NCBI GenBank assembly: GCA_951406725.2
Contig: OX597824.1
Span: forward strand, 93,930,001 to 93,994,000
Length of the DNA stretch: 64,000 nucleotides
Reading direction: 5' to 3'
Source: Octopus vulgaris
Lineage: Eukaryota
The translations under genes were made by a program, and so were the position numbers. Positions 14,433-27,412 of this stretch are shown here, piece by piece (the first letter of the stretch is position 1; the number at the start of each line of letters is the position of its first letter). The notes under the pieces were generated by a model. That model was not told the origin of the DNA and searched no databases. It saw only the letters and a program-made list of their open reading frames with translations.

Positions 14433-14847
14433 GGCGACGAGCTGGCAGAATCGTTAGCGCGCCGGGCGAAATGCTTAACGGTATTTCGTCTGCCGTTACT
14501 ACGTTCTGAGTTCAAATTCTGCCGAGGTCTTTCATCCTTTCGGGGTCGATAAATTAAGTACCAGTTACGCACTGGGGTCGATGTAATCGACTTAATCCCT
14601 TTGTCTGTCCTTGTTTGTCCCTTCTGTGTTTAGTCCCTTGTGGGTAGTAGAGAAATAGAAATAGGTATTTCGTCTGTCGCTACGTTCTGAGTTCAAATTC
14701 CGCCGAGGCCGACTTTGCCTTTCATCCTTTCAGGGTCGATAAATAAAGTACCAGTTTCGGACTGGGATCGATGTAATCGACTTAATCCGTTTGTCAGTCC
14801 TTGTTTGACTCCTCTATGTTTAGCCCCTTGTGGGCAATAAAGAAATA
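14433..14847 (+). mobile_element. SINE family B dimer (head plus two units)
   Basis: Flanked by the direct repeat tataatagaa (probable TSD). The second unit shares diagnostic variants with the copy at 19243. Confidence 0.9.
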
Positions 14848-14989
14848 TATAATAGAATACGCACGCCCATGGTACCACGTTGTAGAATTGAACCAGAAAC
14901 CATGTCGTAGCAAAACGAAATTCGCAACCAAACAAACATGGATGTGAACCGTGTTTGAGTCTAGTTTGCTTTTTATCCCTCTGTTTCCT

Positions 14990-15350
14990 TATTTCTCTAT
15001 TTATTTTCTTCTTGCCTCCTCTTTTTCGTATCCAAACAATTTCAGGGACATATGCTCGAAAATGTGTCTAACATTTGCAAAATTTATCATTCAATAGATT
15101 TTCTAATAACAACGATGTTACACTTCCCAGTGACAATTCAACTGTCAATTTTGCTCTGAAGTGTTTGCATATCTGTATTTGAATATGAAATATATTACAG
15201 CGTTGCCTTCGCTTCTTGTTCAATGTCACATTCGATCGCCATTATTTTAATCTCAAGTTCGTGGAAGATAAATTATAAATGGCTTATTTTCCTATCTACC
15301 CGTCGTCGTTTGAATCGGCTGGAAACATGTTGGCACTTGCTTCTCTGAAT
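14990..15350 (-). pseudogene. Possible decayed LINE endonuclease-region fragment
   Basis: Non-repetitive sequence with faint APE-like motif order on the minus strand (ANMF..., RAKLTV). No intact frame. Confidence 0.2.
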
Positions 15351-15559
15351 TTCTTTCTTTAGTTTTTACGTTCTGTTCTGTCTTCCTCTCAGTTTTAGAT
15401 TTATACTAAAGTTAAACAACTGAGCAGGCGTGAAAGGAAACGATTTCTCTGCTTCAATCTGATCTCGGGGAAAATAATTTGCGATCAAACCGGAATTTTA
15501 GGAATCAAATTAAGTAAAATTAAGGAGAAAAATGTTTGTTTTTTTAATAATTTACCTAT

Positions 15560-15847
15560 GGAAACATGGGTGTTTCGTTCAACATCCTTAAACAACCCTC
15601 ATTCAGGGACCTTTTGAGCAGGATGGGTTACTCGACCAGAAGGAAATTATAACTGGACCCGACCTACAAGGTCATGTGCTGTTTATCTTGATATGAGATC
15701 ACCATGTCACGCACACATGGTTGTGATGCATGTACCTAGTGTACCCTTGTCAGACTGGTAGTCATGATGGGTATACTGGGCTTCGTATATTTTACCCCAG
15801 TGTCACCCTGATGGCATGCACTACTCTCTCACGCAATAATAGTAATC

Positions 15848-15886
<39 letters not shown>

Positions 15887-15930
15887 GTAATAATAATAAT
15901 AATAATAACAATAATAATAATAATAATAAC
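15560..15930 (+). mobile_element. 3' end of a retroposon terminating in (AAT)n
   Basis: About 275 bp GC-richer segment ending ...ctctctcacgc followed directly by a long (AAT)n tail. Single copy in the window. Confidence 0.55.
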
Positions 15931-15960
15931 ATCTTTACGAGTATTCATATATATGTGTGA

Positions 15961-16040
<80 letters not shown>

Positions 16041-16387
16041 ATGAAATCATTAGAAGCATCCATTTATTAGACGGACTCCAATAAATGTCATCAAATAAAT
16101 GGTACAGGCTTTGATGTTAATATGGGTTATCTATTTTATTTAACCAGACAGCTGTTTCTGTCGCAAAAGACCATATTTCAGGTATGCAATTTAAGAACAA
16201 AAGTAATTCGCATTATTATAGTATGCCATTTGGAAATCACCTGCGGATAACAACTGAATATTTAAATATTCAAAATAAGTACCTTTAATACAGTTCTATA
16301 TTTAAGAGATGAGGAATTGTGTATATTATTTACATTATTTACATTATTTACATTTGACGGATATTTGTCCTCATCTAGTTTGTTGTT

Positions 16388-16433
16388 AACACAACGTTTC
16401 GGCTGAAGTACCCTCCAGCCTTCATCAGGGGCG
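16388..16433 (-). ncRNA. Minimal type-I hammerhead ribozyme motif (helix I decayed) within a roughly 200 bp element (about 16287-16488)
   Basis: Minus strand reads CUGAUGA-A-GGCUG(gagggtactt)CAGCC-GAAA-CGUU-gtgtt. Core and 5 bp helix II are intact; helix I has mismatches. Confidence 0.6.
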
Positions 16434-16683
16434 TTGGGGTAATTTCGAACCTGGCTTTTCATTCCCAATGTATTTTTTGATGTTATTATAATTGGGGCTG
16501 ATGAAGTCATAGAAATTCCCAGACACCCACCTCTGACGCTTTACGGAGGTATGGTAAGGAGCCGACTCCAACAGCAACCCAGGCCAAACCAGGGTTTGAT
16601 CACAGTCTCCAACAGCTTCTCATAGCCGCCAGAATTGAGTCTAAGGCCCTCTTCAATGATATGGTGGAGATGGCATGACGTCA

Positions 16684-17098
16684 GGCGGCGAGCTGGCAGA
16701 AACGTTAGCACGCCGGGCAAAATGCGTAGCCGTATTTCGTCTGCCGTTACGTTCTGAGTTCAAATTCCGCCGAGGTCGACTTTGCCTTTCATCCTTTCGA
16801 GGTCGATAAATTAAGTAGCAGTTACACACTGGGGTCGATGTAATCAACTTAATCCGTTTGTCTATCCTTGTTTGTCCCCTCTGTGTTTAGCCCCTTGTGG
16901 GTAGTAAAGAAATAGGTATTTCGTCTGCCGTTACATTCTGAGTTCAAATTCCGCCGAGGTAGACTTTGCCTTTCATCCTTTCGGGGTCGATAAATTAAGT
17001 ACCAGTTACACACTGGGGTCGATGTAATCGACTTAATCCGTTTGTCTATCCTTGTTTGTCCCCTCTGTGTTTAGCCCCTTGTGGGTAGTAAAGAAATA
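16684..17098 (+). mobile_element. SINE family B dimer with 12 bp TSD
   Basis: ggcatgacgtca at 16672-16683 and 17099-17110. Two 184 bp units at 16731-16914 and 16915-17098. Confidence 0.95.
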
Positions 17099-17278
17099 GG
17101 CATGACGTCAACGTGACCAATGACACAAGCAAAGACCATCGCATTTTCCTGACACCCGTCTCACTTTTTACCGTTTTTACATCGTTTGCAGACCATTGAG
17201 CATCAGTTGTGATGTTAGCATTTTGATTCCCGACGCGAAACATCCTCGAACAGATATCTATTTTCCAATATCCAAATA

Positions 17279-17583
17279 ACAATTGCAGCGTGGAAGGTGT
17301 TTGTAAGCCATTTAAGAAACACACAAAAGCCGTTCGATTCACTTCAACATTTAAGTTTAATTTGTCAAAATATTTTCGTCGCTTTGAGACCGCTTTGTCA
17401 ATGAACAGGTCGCGGTCTTATAGCGACGAAAATATTTTGACAAATTAAACTTAAATGTTGAAGTGAATCGAACGGCTTTTGTGTGTTTCTTAAATGGCTT
17501 ACAAACACCTTCCACGCTGCAATTGTTTTCGTTCCAGCACACGATCTCAGATCAAATCACTTGCTATGCAAGTACATCTCCGT
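17279..17583 (+). mobile_element. Fold-back Penelope-like non-autonomous insertion with 12 bp TSD
   Basis: 116 bp inverted arms (17278-17393 and 17412-17527, 2 mismatches), about 57 bp unpaired 3' tail, aatatccaaata duplicated at 17267-17278 and 17584-17595. Confidence 0.85.
17394..17444 (+). ncRNA. Variant-core type-I hammerhead-like fold
   Basis: tttgtca-AUGAACA-g-gtcgc(ggtcttata)gcgac-GAAA-atat-UU-tgacaaa: 7 bp helix I, 5 bp helix II, palindromic AAUAUU helix III. Positions 3 and 8 deviate from CUGANGA. Confidence 0.55.
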
Positions 17584-18428
17584 AATATCCAAATAGTTCT
17601 CAGTCTTCCATGTTAGGCAATTTTTTCACAACTACAGCTTTATTATTTACTCACTCGAAAACCATTGAATATTCACCAATATATCCAGCTGGTCCTGGAA
17701 AAATAAAATAAACAAGACATAAAGAAACATCAAACTTAGCCCGAAGACCCTGTGTGAATGTGATCACATTTTGCTGAGCAAAGGGAAAGCACACTTGTTC
17801 TGACTCTCGAAAGAACCACGTCTATCCAAGTGTATTTCAGTCAAACACTCCAACGCGAACAGGAATGTATACATGAATAGGAATATATACATGTAAATGC
17901 AGAATATACTCGTGTTTTTATTCCTACAGTTATACATCAACCGCTTAATATTTTCTTCACATTACACATTCATGCAGATGGGGGCTGCGTGCATCCATAT
18001 GCCAGTATATATATAGTTTTTATACACACGCACATACATATATATAAATTATATAAATGTATATATATATATATATGTGTATGTTTGTGTGTGTGTGTGT
18101 GTGTGTATGTGTGTGTGTATGTATGTATTTGCATATACATATATACATATTATACATATACACATTATGCATAAATGCATATATATATACATGTACATGG
18201 ATGAGTGTTTATATATATATATATGCATATTATGCATATATATACATGTATGTAAATATGCATATACATGTGCATATATAGGAGTATATATATATAAATA
18301 TATATGCATACTGTATACGTATGTACAGTATATACACACACACAAAGATATAGATGGTCGCGCTTGTGTCAGTGTAAATGTGTATCCTTATCTGTGTCTA
18401 CACACACATCTATATATATATATACATA

Positions 18429-18548
<120 letters not shown>

Positions 18549-18808
18549 CACATTTATATGGAAATGTAGCCACCTATCGTCCATTTTGCTCACGTACAAC
18601 TGAAACAGACAGTAAAGATTAATAAAATCCTTTTCATTATTCCGTTTCCATTTGGTGATTTTACTGTTTATTTTAGAGTAAATATTCTTTTGCTGCTGCT
18701 GTTGTTGGTGTTGCTGTCGTCTTCTTTTTCTTCCTTCCATTTTTCCTGGTGATGGAAGAAATAATAGTATCATTGTGGGTCTAATATTAATTGTATAAGT
18801 CCTAAAAT

Positions 18809-19676
18809 GGTGAGCTGGCGAAATCGTTAGCACGCCGAGCGAAATGTTCGCCTGTATATCGCCTGTTTTGTTTTTTACATTCTGAGCTCAAATTCCGCCG
18901 AGGTTTGACTTTGCCTTTCATCCTATCGTGGTCGATAAATTAAGTACTATCAGTGTAGTAAATTTGATCAAACCGACTGGGCCCCTTCCCCAAAAATTTC
19001 GGGCCTTGTGCCTAGACAAGAAAAGAAACTTTAAAGGCGGCTAGCTGACAGAAACGTTAGCACGCCGGGCGAAATGTTTAGCGGGATTTCGTCTGGTTTT
19101 GGGTTCTGAGTTCAAATTCCGTCGAGGTCGACTTTGCCTTTCATTCTTTCAGGGTCGATAAAATTAGTACCAGTAATCGACTGGTTCCCTCCCCCAAAAT
19201 TTCAAGTCTTGTGCCTGTAGTAGAAAGGATTATTTCTAAAACAGGTGAAATGGCAGAAACGTTAGCACGCCGGCCGAAATGTTTAGCGGTATTTCGTCTG
19301 CCGCTACGTTCTGAGTTCAAATTCCGCCGAGGTCGACTTTGCCTTTCCTCCTTTCTGGATCGATAAATTAAGTACCAGTTACGCACTGGGGTCGATGTAA
19401 TCGACTTAATCCCTTTGTCTGTCCTTGTTTGTCCCTTCTGTGTTTAGCCCATTGTGGGCAGTAAAGAAATAGAAATAGGTATTTCGTCTGTCTCTACGTT
19501 CTGAGTTCAAATTCCGCCGAGGCCGACTTTGCCTTTCATCCTTTCAGGGTCGATAAATAAAGTACCAGTTTCGGACTGGGATCGATGTAATCGACTTAAT
19601 CCGTTTGTCAGTCCTTGTTTGACTCCTCTATGTTTAGCCCCTTGTGGGTAGTAAAGAAATAGATATTTCGTCTGTT
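18809..19676 (+). mobile_element. Three adjacent SINE family B insertions (about 18809-19030, 19036-19235, 19243-19676)
   Basis: Three heads. The first two end in tail ccccaaaatttc...cttgtgcct..., the third is a dimer with the ttagccccttgtgggtagtaaagaaata tail plus the start of a third unit. Confidence 0.9.
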
Positions 19677-20099
19677 CAACTGCCCGCAAGCATATTTCCA
19701 GCTCCTTCGACGGCCTTCGCTCTATAAATATACGTTATTTGTTCTTTACTTAACTTCTTTTACACTTTTTTGTGCGACCCCTCGAGAAAAATCCACGTTC
19801 TGGATTTGGCTCGGATATTACAAAAAGGTTGACAACTCCTGATGTGGATGCCCCATTATTGCCGAGTCGGTGATGAAGCAGTTTCGAATCTCAGTTGCTT
19901 CTCTTCACGTTTCGTCACTTCTACAAGATATGACAGGAGTTTATTAAGAACCATTTCACAAACAGACCGTTCCATAATTCCTAATTGCTCAAACACAGCA
20001 TGGAATCACTTGTAATTGAGCAGACATTTCTTAATCTGTTTTCAACTCTCATTCTATGAACCGCTTCGTAATGAGAAGCGACCAACACTATCCCATCAC

Positions 20100-20250
20100 A
20101 CACGGACACACACACGAACACACACACATTCACAACCATTCGCGTACACACACAAACACACACACACATACACACACAGTCACAACCATTCGAGTACACA
20201 CACACACAGTCACAATCATTCGCGTACACACACACACACACACACACACT
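20100..20250. repeat. (CA)n-spaced minisatellite with cacaaccattcg(c/a)gt motif
   Basis: Three motif copies separated by (CA)n. Confidence 0.75.
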
Positions 20251-21514
20251 AATACACAACGACACACACTAACACGCACACCACTTAAACATTCACACAC
20301 ATCAACAACAACTTGAACAATATTCCAACAGCTGTGGTTGCTTTTCGCTTTTCCATCATCTTCATATTTCTATTCTCCTCCGCCTTCTCCTTCTCCTCTT
20401 TCTCACTTTTTCTCTCTCTCTTTCCTCCCCCTCTCATCATTTTAATTATCTATCTTTATCTTGAACATCGTTGGTTTTTCTCTTCAATTCTTCCTTCCTT
20501 CTTTCTTACTTTCTTTTTTCTTCTTCTTCTTCTTCTTCTTCTTCTTCTTCTACCACTACTACTACTAATACTACTATTACTACTTCCCCTTCTTTTTCTC
20601 TTTCTTATCTCTCTACTTTTTTCTCTCCTCTTCTTTTTCTTCTTCTTTTCCCTCTTCTTTTCTCTCCTCTTCTTTTCCCTCTTCTTCTTCCTCTACAACT
20701 GCGGCTGCTTGTGCTGCTACGTCAACCCCTACCTCGCCTATCACCAGCACAGCACCACCACACCCGCAGTAATACGAGTGCTACTACCACCACCGCCATC
20801 AAAACCACTACCACCACTACCACCACCACTACTACTAAAACCGCCGCCACCACCACTGGCACCACTAGCTCTTGAAAATCCGCCTTCAAACCCTGCACTG
20901 GCTATCGAAAAGATCTTCTTCAAATGATCAGAAATATTAAAGTCTCTAATAAGACGAACTCATTCCAAAAGATAAAACAAAACCTCCAGAATTATCTCAA
21001 GGATAAAATATTCTTCAGAAATGCTTGATTTTTCGGATGAACTCGGGAGCTTGTGCACCGTCCCGAATGATATGGCAACTAACGTTATATCTAAGGAACT
21101 CTACTGAAAATATGGACACGCTCATGTCAATGTTCTTCAGGATATTAGCTTCATCTACCGTAAGCCTTTCGCTCACCGCGGATCGCTAGAACTAAAAAGA
21201 CCTATACGCATAAGCGCAGTACTTTACCCACGAAGGACCATCAGCCTCACTTTTCCATCCAACCTTCTATTTGGGGTGCATACACAACTACACCAGATTG
21301 GATTGCATTAGAAAATGCGTAATCGACCGAATTTTATACCCTTAGTGAGAAAGAGAAAAAGGAAACAAGTTTGTGCGAGCGAGAAAGGGAGAAAACGACT
21401 GGAAGGGAGAGGAAAAGCGAGGGAAAGGGTGGGAGAAAATGGAGGCTATGGAAAGCACACATACACACCGCGACACACTTACAAGCATACACACATACAA
21501 ACACACATTTTTGT

Positions 21515-21589
21515 TTGTCTTAATAACTGATGAGATGCCGGAGCAGACTTCAGTCCCCGCACGCGAAACTCCGAGTTTTATTATGACAA
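21515..21589 (+). ncRNA. Type-I hammerhead ribozyme with intact catalytic core
   Basis: Helix I ttgtc-t-taataa (21515-21526) / ttatta-t-gacaa (21578-21589); CUGAUGA 21527-21533; helix II closed by G-C with a gac(ttca)gtc tip; GAAA 21565-21568; helix III ACU(ccg)AGU; cleavage triplet GUU 21575-21577. Confidence 0.8.
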
Positions 21590-21681
21590 CCAACTAATTG
21601 TCACATATTATATTTAGAGATAAATTGCTCTATTTTACATAATATCGAGGTCTCATCCATTCTTTTGTTGTCATATTATTA

Positions 21682-21781
<100 letters not shown>

Positions 21782-21954
21782 CATGTATATATATATATAT
21801 ATATATATGTATGCAAGTATGTATATATGTATGTGTATATGTATCTATGCGTATATATATAGAGAGAGATACATATATATATATATGTATGTATATATGT
21901 GTGTGGGTATATATGTGTGTATGTGTGTGTAAATATATATATATATATAGATAT

Positions 21955-22039
<85 letters not shown>

Positions 22040-22042
22040 TAA

Positions 22043-22078
<36 letters not shown>

Positions 22079-23102
22079 TGTGTTGAGTTGTATCAGACAG
22101 CGGAAATATAGCCGCTATGGGGAATAATGTCAGTCTGTTTGCTTTGTCTCCAGAAAAGAGAGAAAAAAAGACGTTAGGTTAAACTTTATTCAAAATGGAC
22201 GATATTACGTGAGAAGGTAACATAATATATAATATAACATAATAATATTATTTAAATAATGAACAATCATTGAACGAGTTTACTTTTATGCAATGCATAT
22301 ATTTATTTATGTTGTCGTTTAAACCAAGTCTGTCTGTCTGTCTCTCTGACTCTTTCTTTGATTATTCCTTTTCGTTTAAAGAGACTAAATAAACTTTCAG
22401 AATTTCTTTTTATATCAATGTCTCACACAGATTTCATATTATCTGACACGATTATTATTTTGTGTGTGTGTGTGTGTGTTTTGTGTTCTTTATTGCCTGT
22501 TTGAAGAGATAAATAGTGTGTTGTCTCATATTTGTTTTGGCAATCATTCTTTCTTTTGCCCAGCTAAGAGCTGCTGGCACAGACGAAACTGTTTTAGTCA
22601 GCATACGTTCACATGTACGACATGAAACGAAAGTTTCGTACAATCAGTTCTCCGAACTCAAACACGTGAACTCGTACGCAAGGCACACATACACGTCTAC
22701 ACGTATCCACACGCACACTCACAAACATACGTGCATACATACACCATACCCAGAGCAAAAATAATGCAAAGGAACTGACCACACAAAAATGTTTCCAAAA
22801 GACAAATCCGAGGGAGACAAACATCCAAAAGATGCCACCCAACAGTAACGTCCTTTTATTCATTGGTTCATTGTTTTATTCACGGGAATTTACGAGAAGC
22901 CTCGTGAACTAAACGAGGCTGGGTTTTCGAAAACGGACACAGCACCTTTATCCATGTGATCAGCTTGAAAAAAAATTATTAACACTGTAGGGTATTTTCT
23001 TACTTTTCTTACCATGAAACCAATGGTAGCCTTAATTCACAAATAAAAATATTATATCCACCAATGTGTTGTTGAATACTTTTTCCTCGTTTGACAATTA
23101 CG

Positions 23103-23391
23103 GAGGAAGAGGAGGGGGCAAAGGAAGAGGATCGAGGGAGGAGGAGGAGGAGGAGGAGGGAAGGAGGGGAGGACGATGGGGAGGACGATGAGGAGGACGA
23201 TGAGGAGGACGATGAGGAGGACGGGAGGAGAAGTAGAAGAAGAAAAGAAGAAGTAGAAGAAGAAGAAGGAGGAGGAGGAGGAGGAGGAGGAGGAGGAAAA
23301 GGAGAAGAAGGAGAAGAAGAAGGAGAAGAAGAAGAAGAAGAAGAAGAAGAAGAAGAAGAAGAAGAAGAAGAAGAAGAAGAAGAAGAAGAAG
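23103..23391. repeat. (GGA)n/(GAA)n polypurine triplet tract
   Basis: Direct reading. Confidence 0.95.
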
Positions 23392-23967
23392 CGCAACGTG
23401 TGTCGTGGTGTCGATAATAATCGTAATCCATATTTTCATTCCAATATTCATTCATTCCTAGTTTCAATTTGGTTGCCGACGGCCGTCCAAATCGATTAGC
23501 CAAGGATTAAAAATAATCACGTGTTCTACCAAATTCCAAACGCCTTCGTCACAATACCCGTCTTACACCCCTTTTGCAGAGTTCTGTCGATCGATAACCA
23601 ATTCTTGAAAGAACTTACAGTCGTGCATATTATAATACGAAGCCATAATATGGTAATATGTTACGGAACTTAAATCTGGCATCTGTGAAGCTAATATTAA
23701 ACTCGGAAACACTAGCTACTAATCTCTTCAGTATAGTATTCGCCGATTAGGATTTGTACTTTCGTTTGATCTCTTAACCAGAATAGTATTGTGATGATCG
23801 CAAGGAGAGATTTCGTCGACTAGTTATGTCTGTAACACATGTTGCTGACGTGACTTCCATTTTGAGATATCGTTTAACATGGATTCCAGGCGCGGTGGAA
23901 AAATCTGCATCGATTAATGACTGAAAGAGATATAACTAGAATAGAGAATAATAGGCATGTGCGTACT

Positions 23968-24366
23968 TATATACATACAAACATACATACATACATTCAT
24001 ACATACATACATACATACACATACATACATACATACATACATACATACATACATACATTCATACATACATACATACATACATTCATACATACATACATAC
24101 ATACATACACACATACATACATACATACATACATTCATACATACATACATACATACATACATTCATACATACATACATACATACATACATACATGCATAC
24201 ATATATACATACATACACGCATGCATACATACATGCATACATACATACATACATACATACATACATACAGACATACATACATACATACATACATACATGC
24301 ATGCATATATACATACATACATGCATGCATACATACATACATACATACATACATAACATACATACA
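23968..24366. repeat. (ACAT)n microsatellite
   Basis: Direct reading. Confidence 0.95.
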
Positions 24367-24732
24367 GATAAACAGACAGACACACATACAAACACGAATG
24401 CACTCGCACGCATATGGGCGTATATATGTATGTAGGTAGGTTGGTAGTGAGGTGGGTAGCATGTAGGTAGGTAGGTATGTGTGTGTCTATGAGTGACTGT
24501 GTGTACCTCTGTGTGTGTTTGTGTGTGGGCGTGTGTGTGTACATGTGTGTGTGTGTGTGTGTATGACATGGTTCAATTAATGACAAATTTACTCTGCTTA
24601 CTCCGGAATATCTGTTTCAACAAACAATATAATTTATCTATTGATTCAGGTATAATTATATATATATATATATATGCGTGTGTGTGTGTGTGCGTGTGTG
24701 TGCGTATGTATGTATGTATGTATGTATGTATG

Positions 24733-24763
<31 letters not shown>

Positions 24764-24865
24764 GTATGTATGTATGTATGTATGCATGTATATATGTATA
24801 TATATATGTGTGTGTGTGTGTGTGTGGCTGAGCGGCCTAATGGATAAGTGTGTGTGTGTGTGTGT

Positions 24866-24990
24866 GGAGGCGCAATGGCCCAGTGGTTAGGGCAGTGAAC
24901 ACCCGGTTATAAGATCGCAGTTTCGATTCCTAGATTGTGCATTGTGAATGTTTATTCAGCGAAAACGTCTAAAGCGCCACGATGCTCCGG
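24866..24990 (+). mobile_element. SINE family D, 5' head only
   Basis: ggaggcgcaatggcccagtggttagggcagtg...gtttcgattcc...gtttattcagcgaaaacgtctaaagc. Confidence 0.8.
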
Positions 24991-25362
24991 TTCCGTACTG
25001 GGGCAACTACTCCACTGTCCCTACACCCAAAAATAGAGAAGAAAATAATATCATCTATACGATAACATTAATAGTGATATTACTTTAACATTTTTCAAAT
25101 GATGTTATCAGAGGCTTATAATATTAGTAGCGATTTAGTACCATTATCGTTACTAGCTAAATATAATATTATCAGCTGCTATAACTACAAACATCAGCTC
25201 TCTAAAGCATTATCAGCAATACATTATAAATTATGTAAAACTGCCAGCTACAAAGATATTATTTGTTATACGATATTTTTTAAATATCAATATCAATAAG
25301 TAATAAGATTTGCAGTTAAATAGAACGTTATCAGTAGATATCATACAATTATTCTATATATG

Positions 25363-25394
<32 letters not shown>

Positions 25395-25543
25395 ATATTA
25401 TATTATATTATATATATTTTATATATATATATATGTATAAATATATATATATACATATATATACCCATATAGATATATATACATGTATATATATATATAT
25501 ACATATAGATATATATACATGTATATATATATATATATACATG

Positions 25544-25585
<42 letters not shown>

Positions 25586-25617
25586 AATTGTGAAGCATGA
25601 CTGTCACCACTACTACA

Positions 25618-25662
25618 TGAACCTGAAGATTGCAGAATTTAATGCATGAAAGTACTAGTTCA
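25618..25662 (+). ncRNA. Minimal type-I hammerhead ribozyme motif
   Basis: tgaac-CUGAAGA-t-tgca(gaatttaa)tgca-t-GAAA-gtac-UA-gttca: perfect 5 bp helix I, 4 bp helix II, palindromic AGUACU helix III. Confidence 0.7.
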
Positions 25663-25816
25663 ATCAGAATGAACGTTTAACATTCTATTATTTTATTTTA
25701 CTTTATTATATTATATTATCTTATATCATTATAAGATTGTAAATAAAACGCGAAAATCAGACAAGGTTGGAATTCCTTTTATCAATATATTCTTCTATAC
25801 ACAATCACACACACCC

Positions 25817-26164
<348 letters not shown>

Positions 26165-26476
26165 TATATATATATATATATATATATACATACATACATG
26201 TATATATATATACATGTATATATATCTATATGTGTATATATATACATATATATATATATACATGTATATATATCTATATGTGTATATATATGTATATATA
26301 TATTTATACATATATATATTAAATATATATAATATAATATAATAATATATATATATATATATATTTATATATACATATATAGAATAATTGTATGATATCT
26401 ACTGATAACGTTATATTTAACTGCAAATCTTATTACTTATTGATATTGTTGTTTAAAAAATATCGTATAACAAATA

Positions 26477-26827
<351 letters not shown>

Positions 26828-27412
26828 CATATACTTTTATAGATAGATAGATACATATATACATACATACATACATACATACATACATACATACATACAT
26901 ACATACATACATACATACATACATACATACATACATACATACATAATAATTACCTACATAAATATAGATATGAATAATGAATTGTTGTGGACTTTGATTA
27001 ATGAAATGTACTTTAACTGCGACAATATAATTTTGAGAGGTGAGATGGTGTGAAGGAAAGGGGGGTGAATAGAATAGGTGTGAAGATGAAGGAATTGAGA
27101 GGTGATAGAGGGAGAAAGAGAGGAAGAGTGAGAGAGAGAGAGAGACGGCAATAAAATGAGCGATAGGAATGAAGTGTAACATTGAGAAAGAGACGAGGGG
27201 AGAGGGAAGAGTAAGATGGCAGTTTTATAGAGGCAGATAGAGGAAGTAAGTGAGGGAGGGAGAGAGAGAGGGAGAGAGAGCGCGACGAAGACATAAAATA
27301 CATTCTCAATGAGAAAAAATATTTGCCTGGGTGATATGTATAAATATATAAGCGCGTGGATGTATGTGTGTGCGTGCATGTCTGTGTGCGTATATATATA
27401 AACATGAATATA

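Noticed and set aside
16494-16522. ggggCTGATGAagtcataGAAAttccc hammerhead-like string
   Set aside because: No helix II and no room for helix III; probably chance.
19690-19841. hAT-like terminus (...ggttgacaactcctg), and caatggctctcaacc at about 62526
   Set aside because: Only one putative TIR each, with no partner end or 8 bp TSD found.
23091-23417. Acidic E/D/G-rich ORF, and similar poly-S/T/L/R ORFs at 14031, 20313 and 57714
   Set aside because: Pure triplet microsatellites with no flanking domain or convincing exon context.
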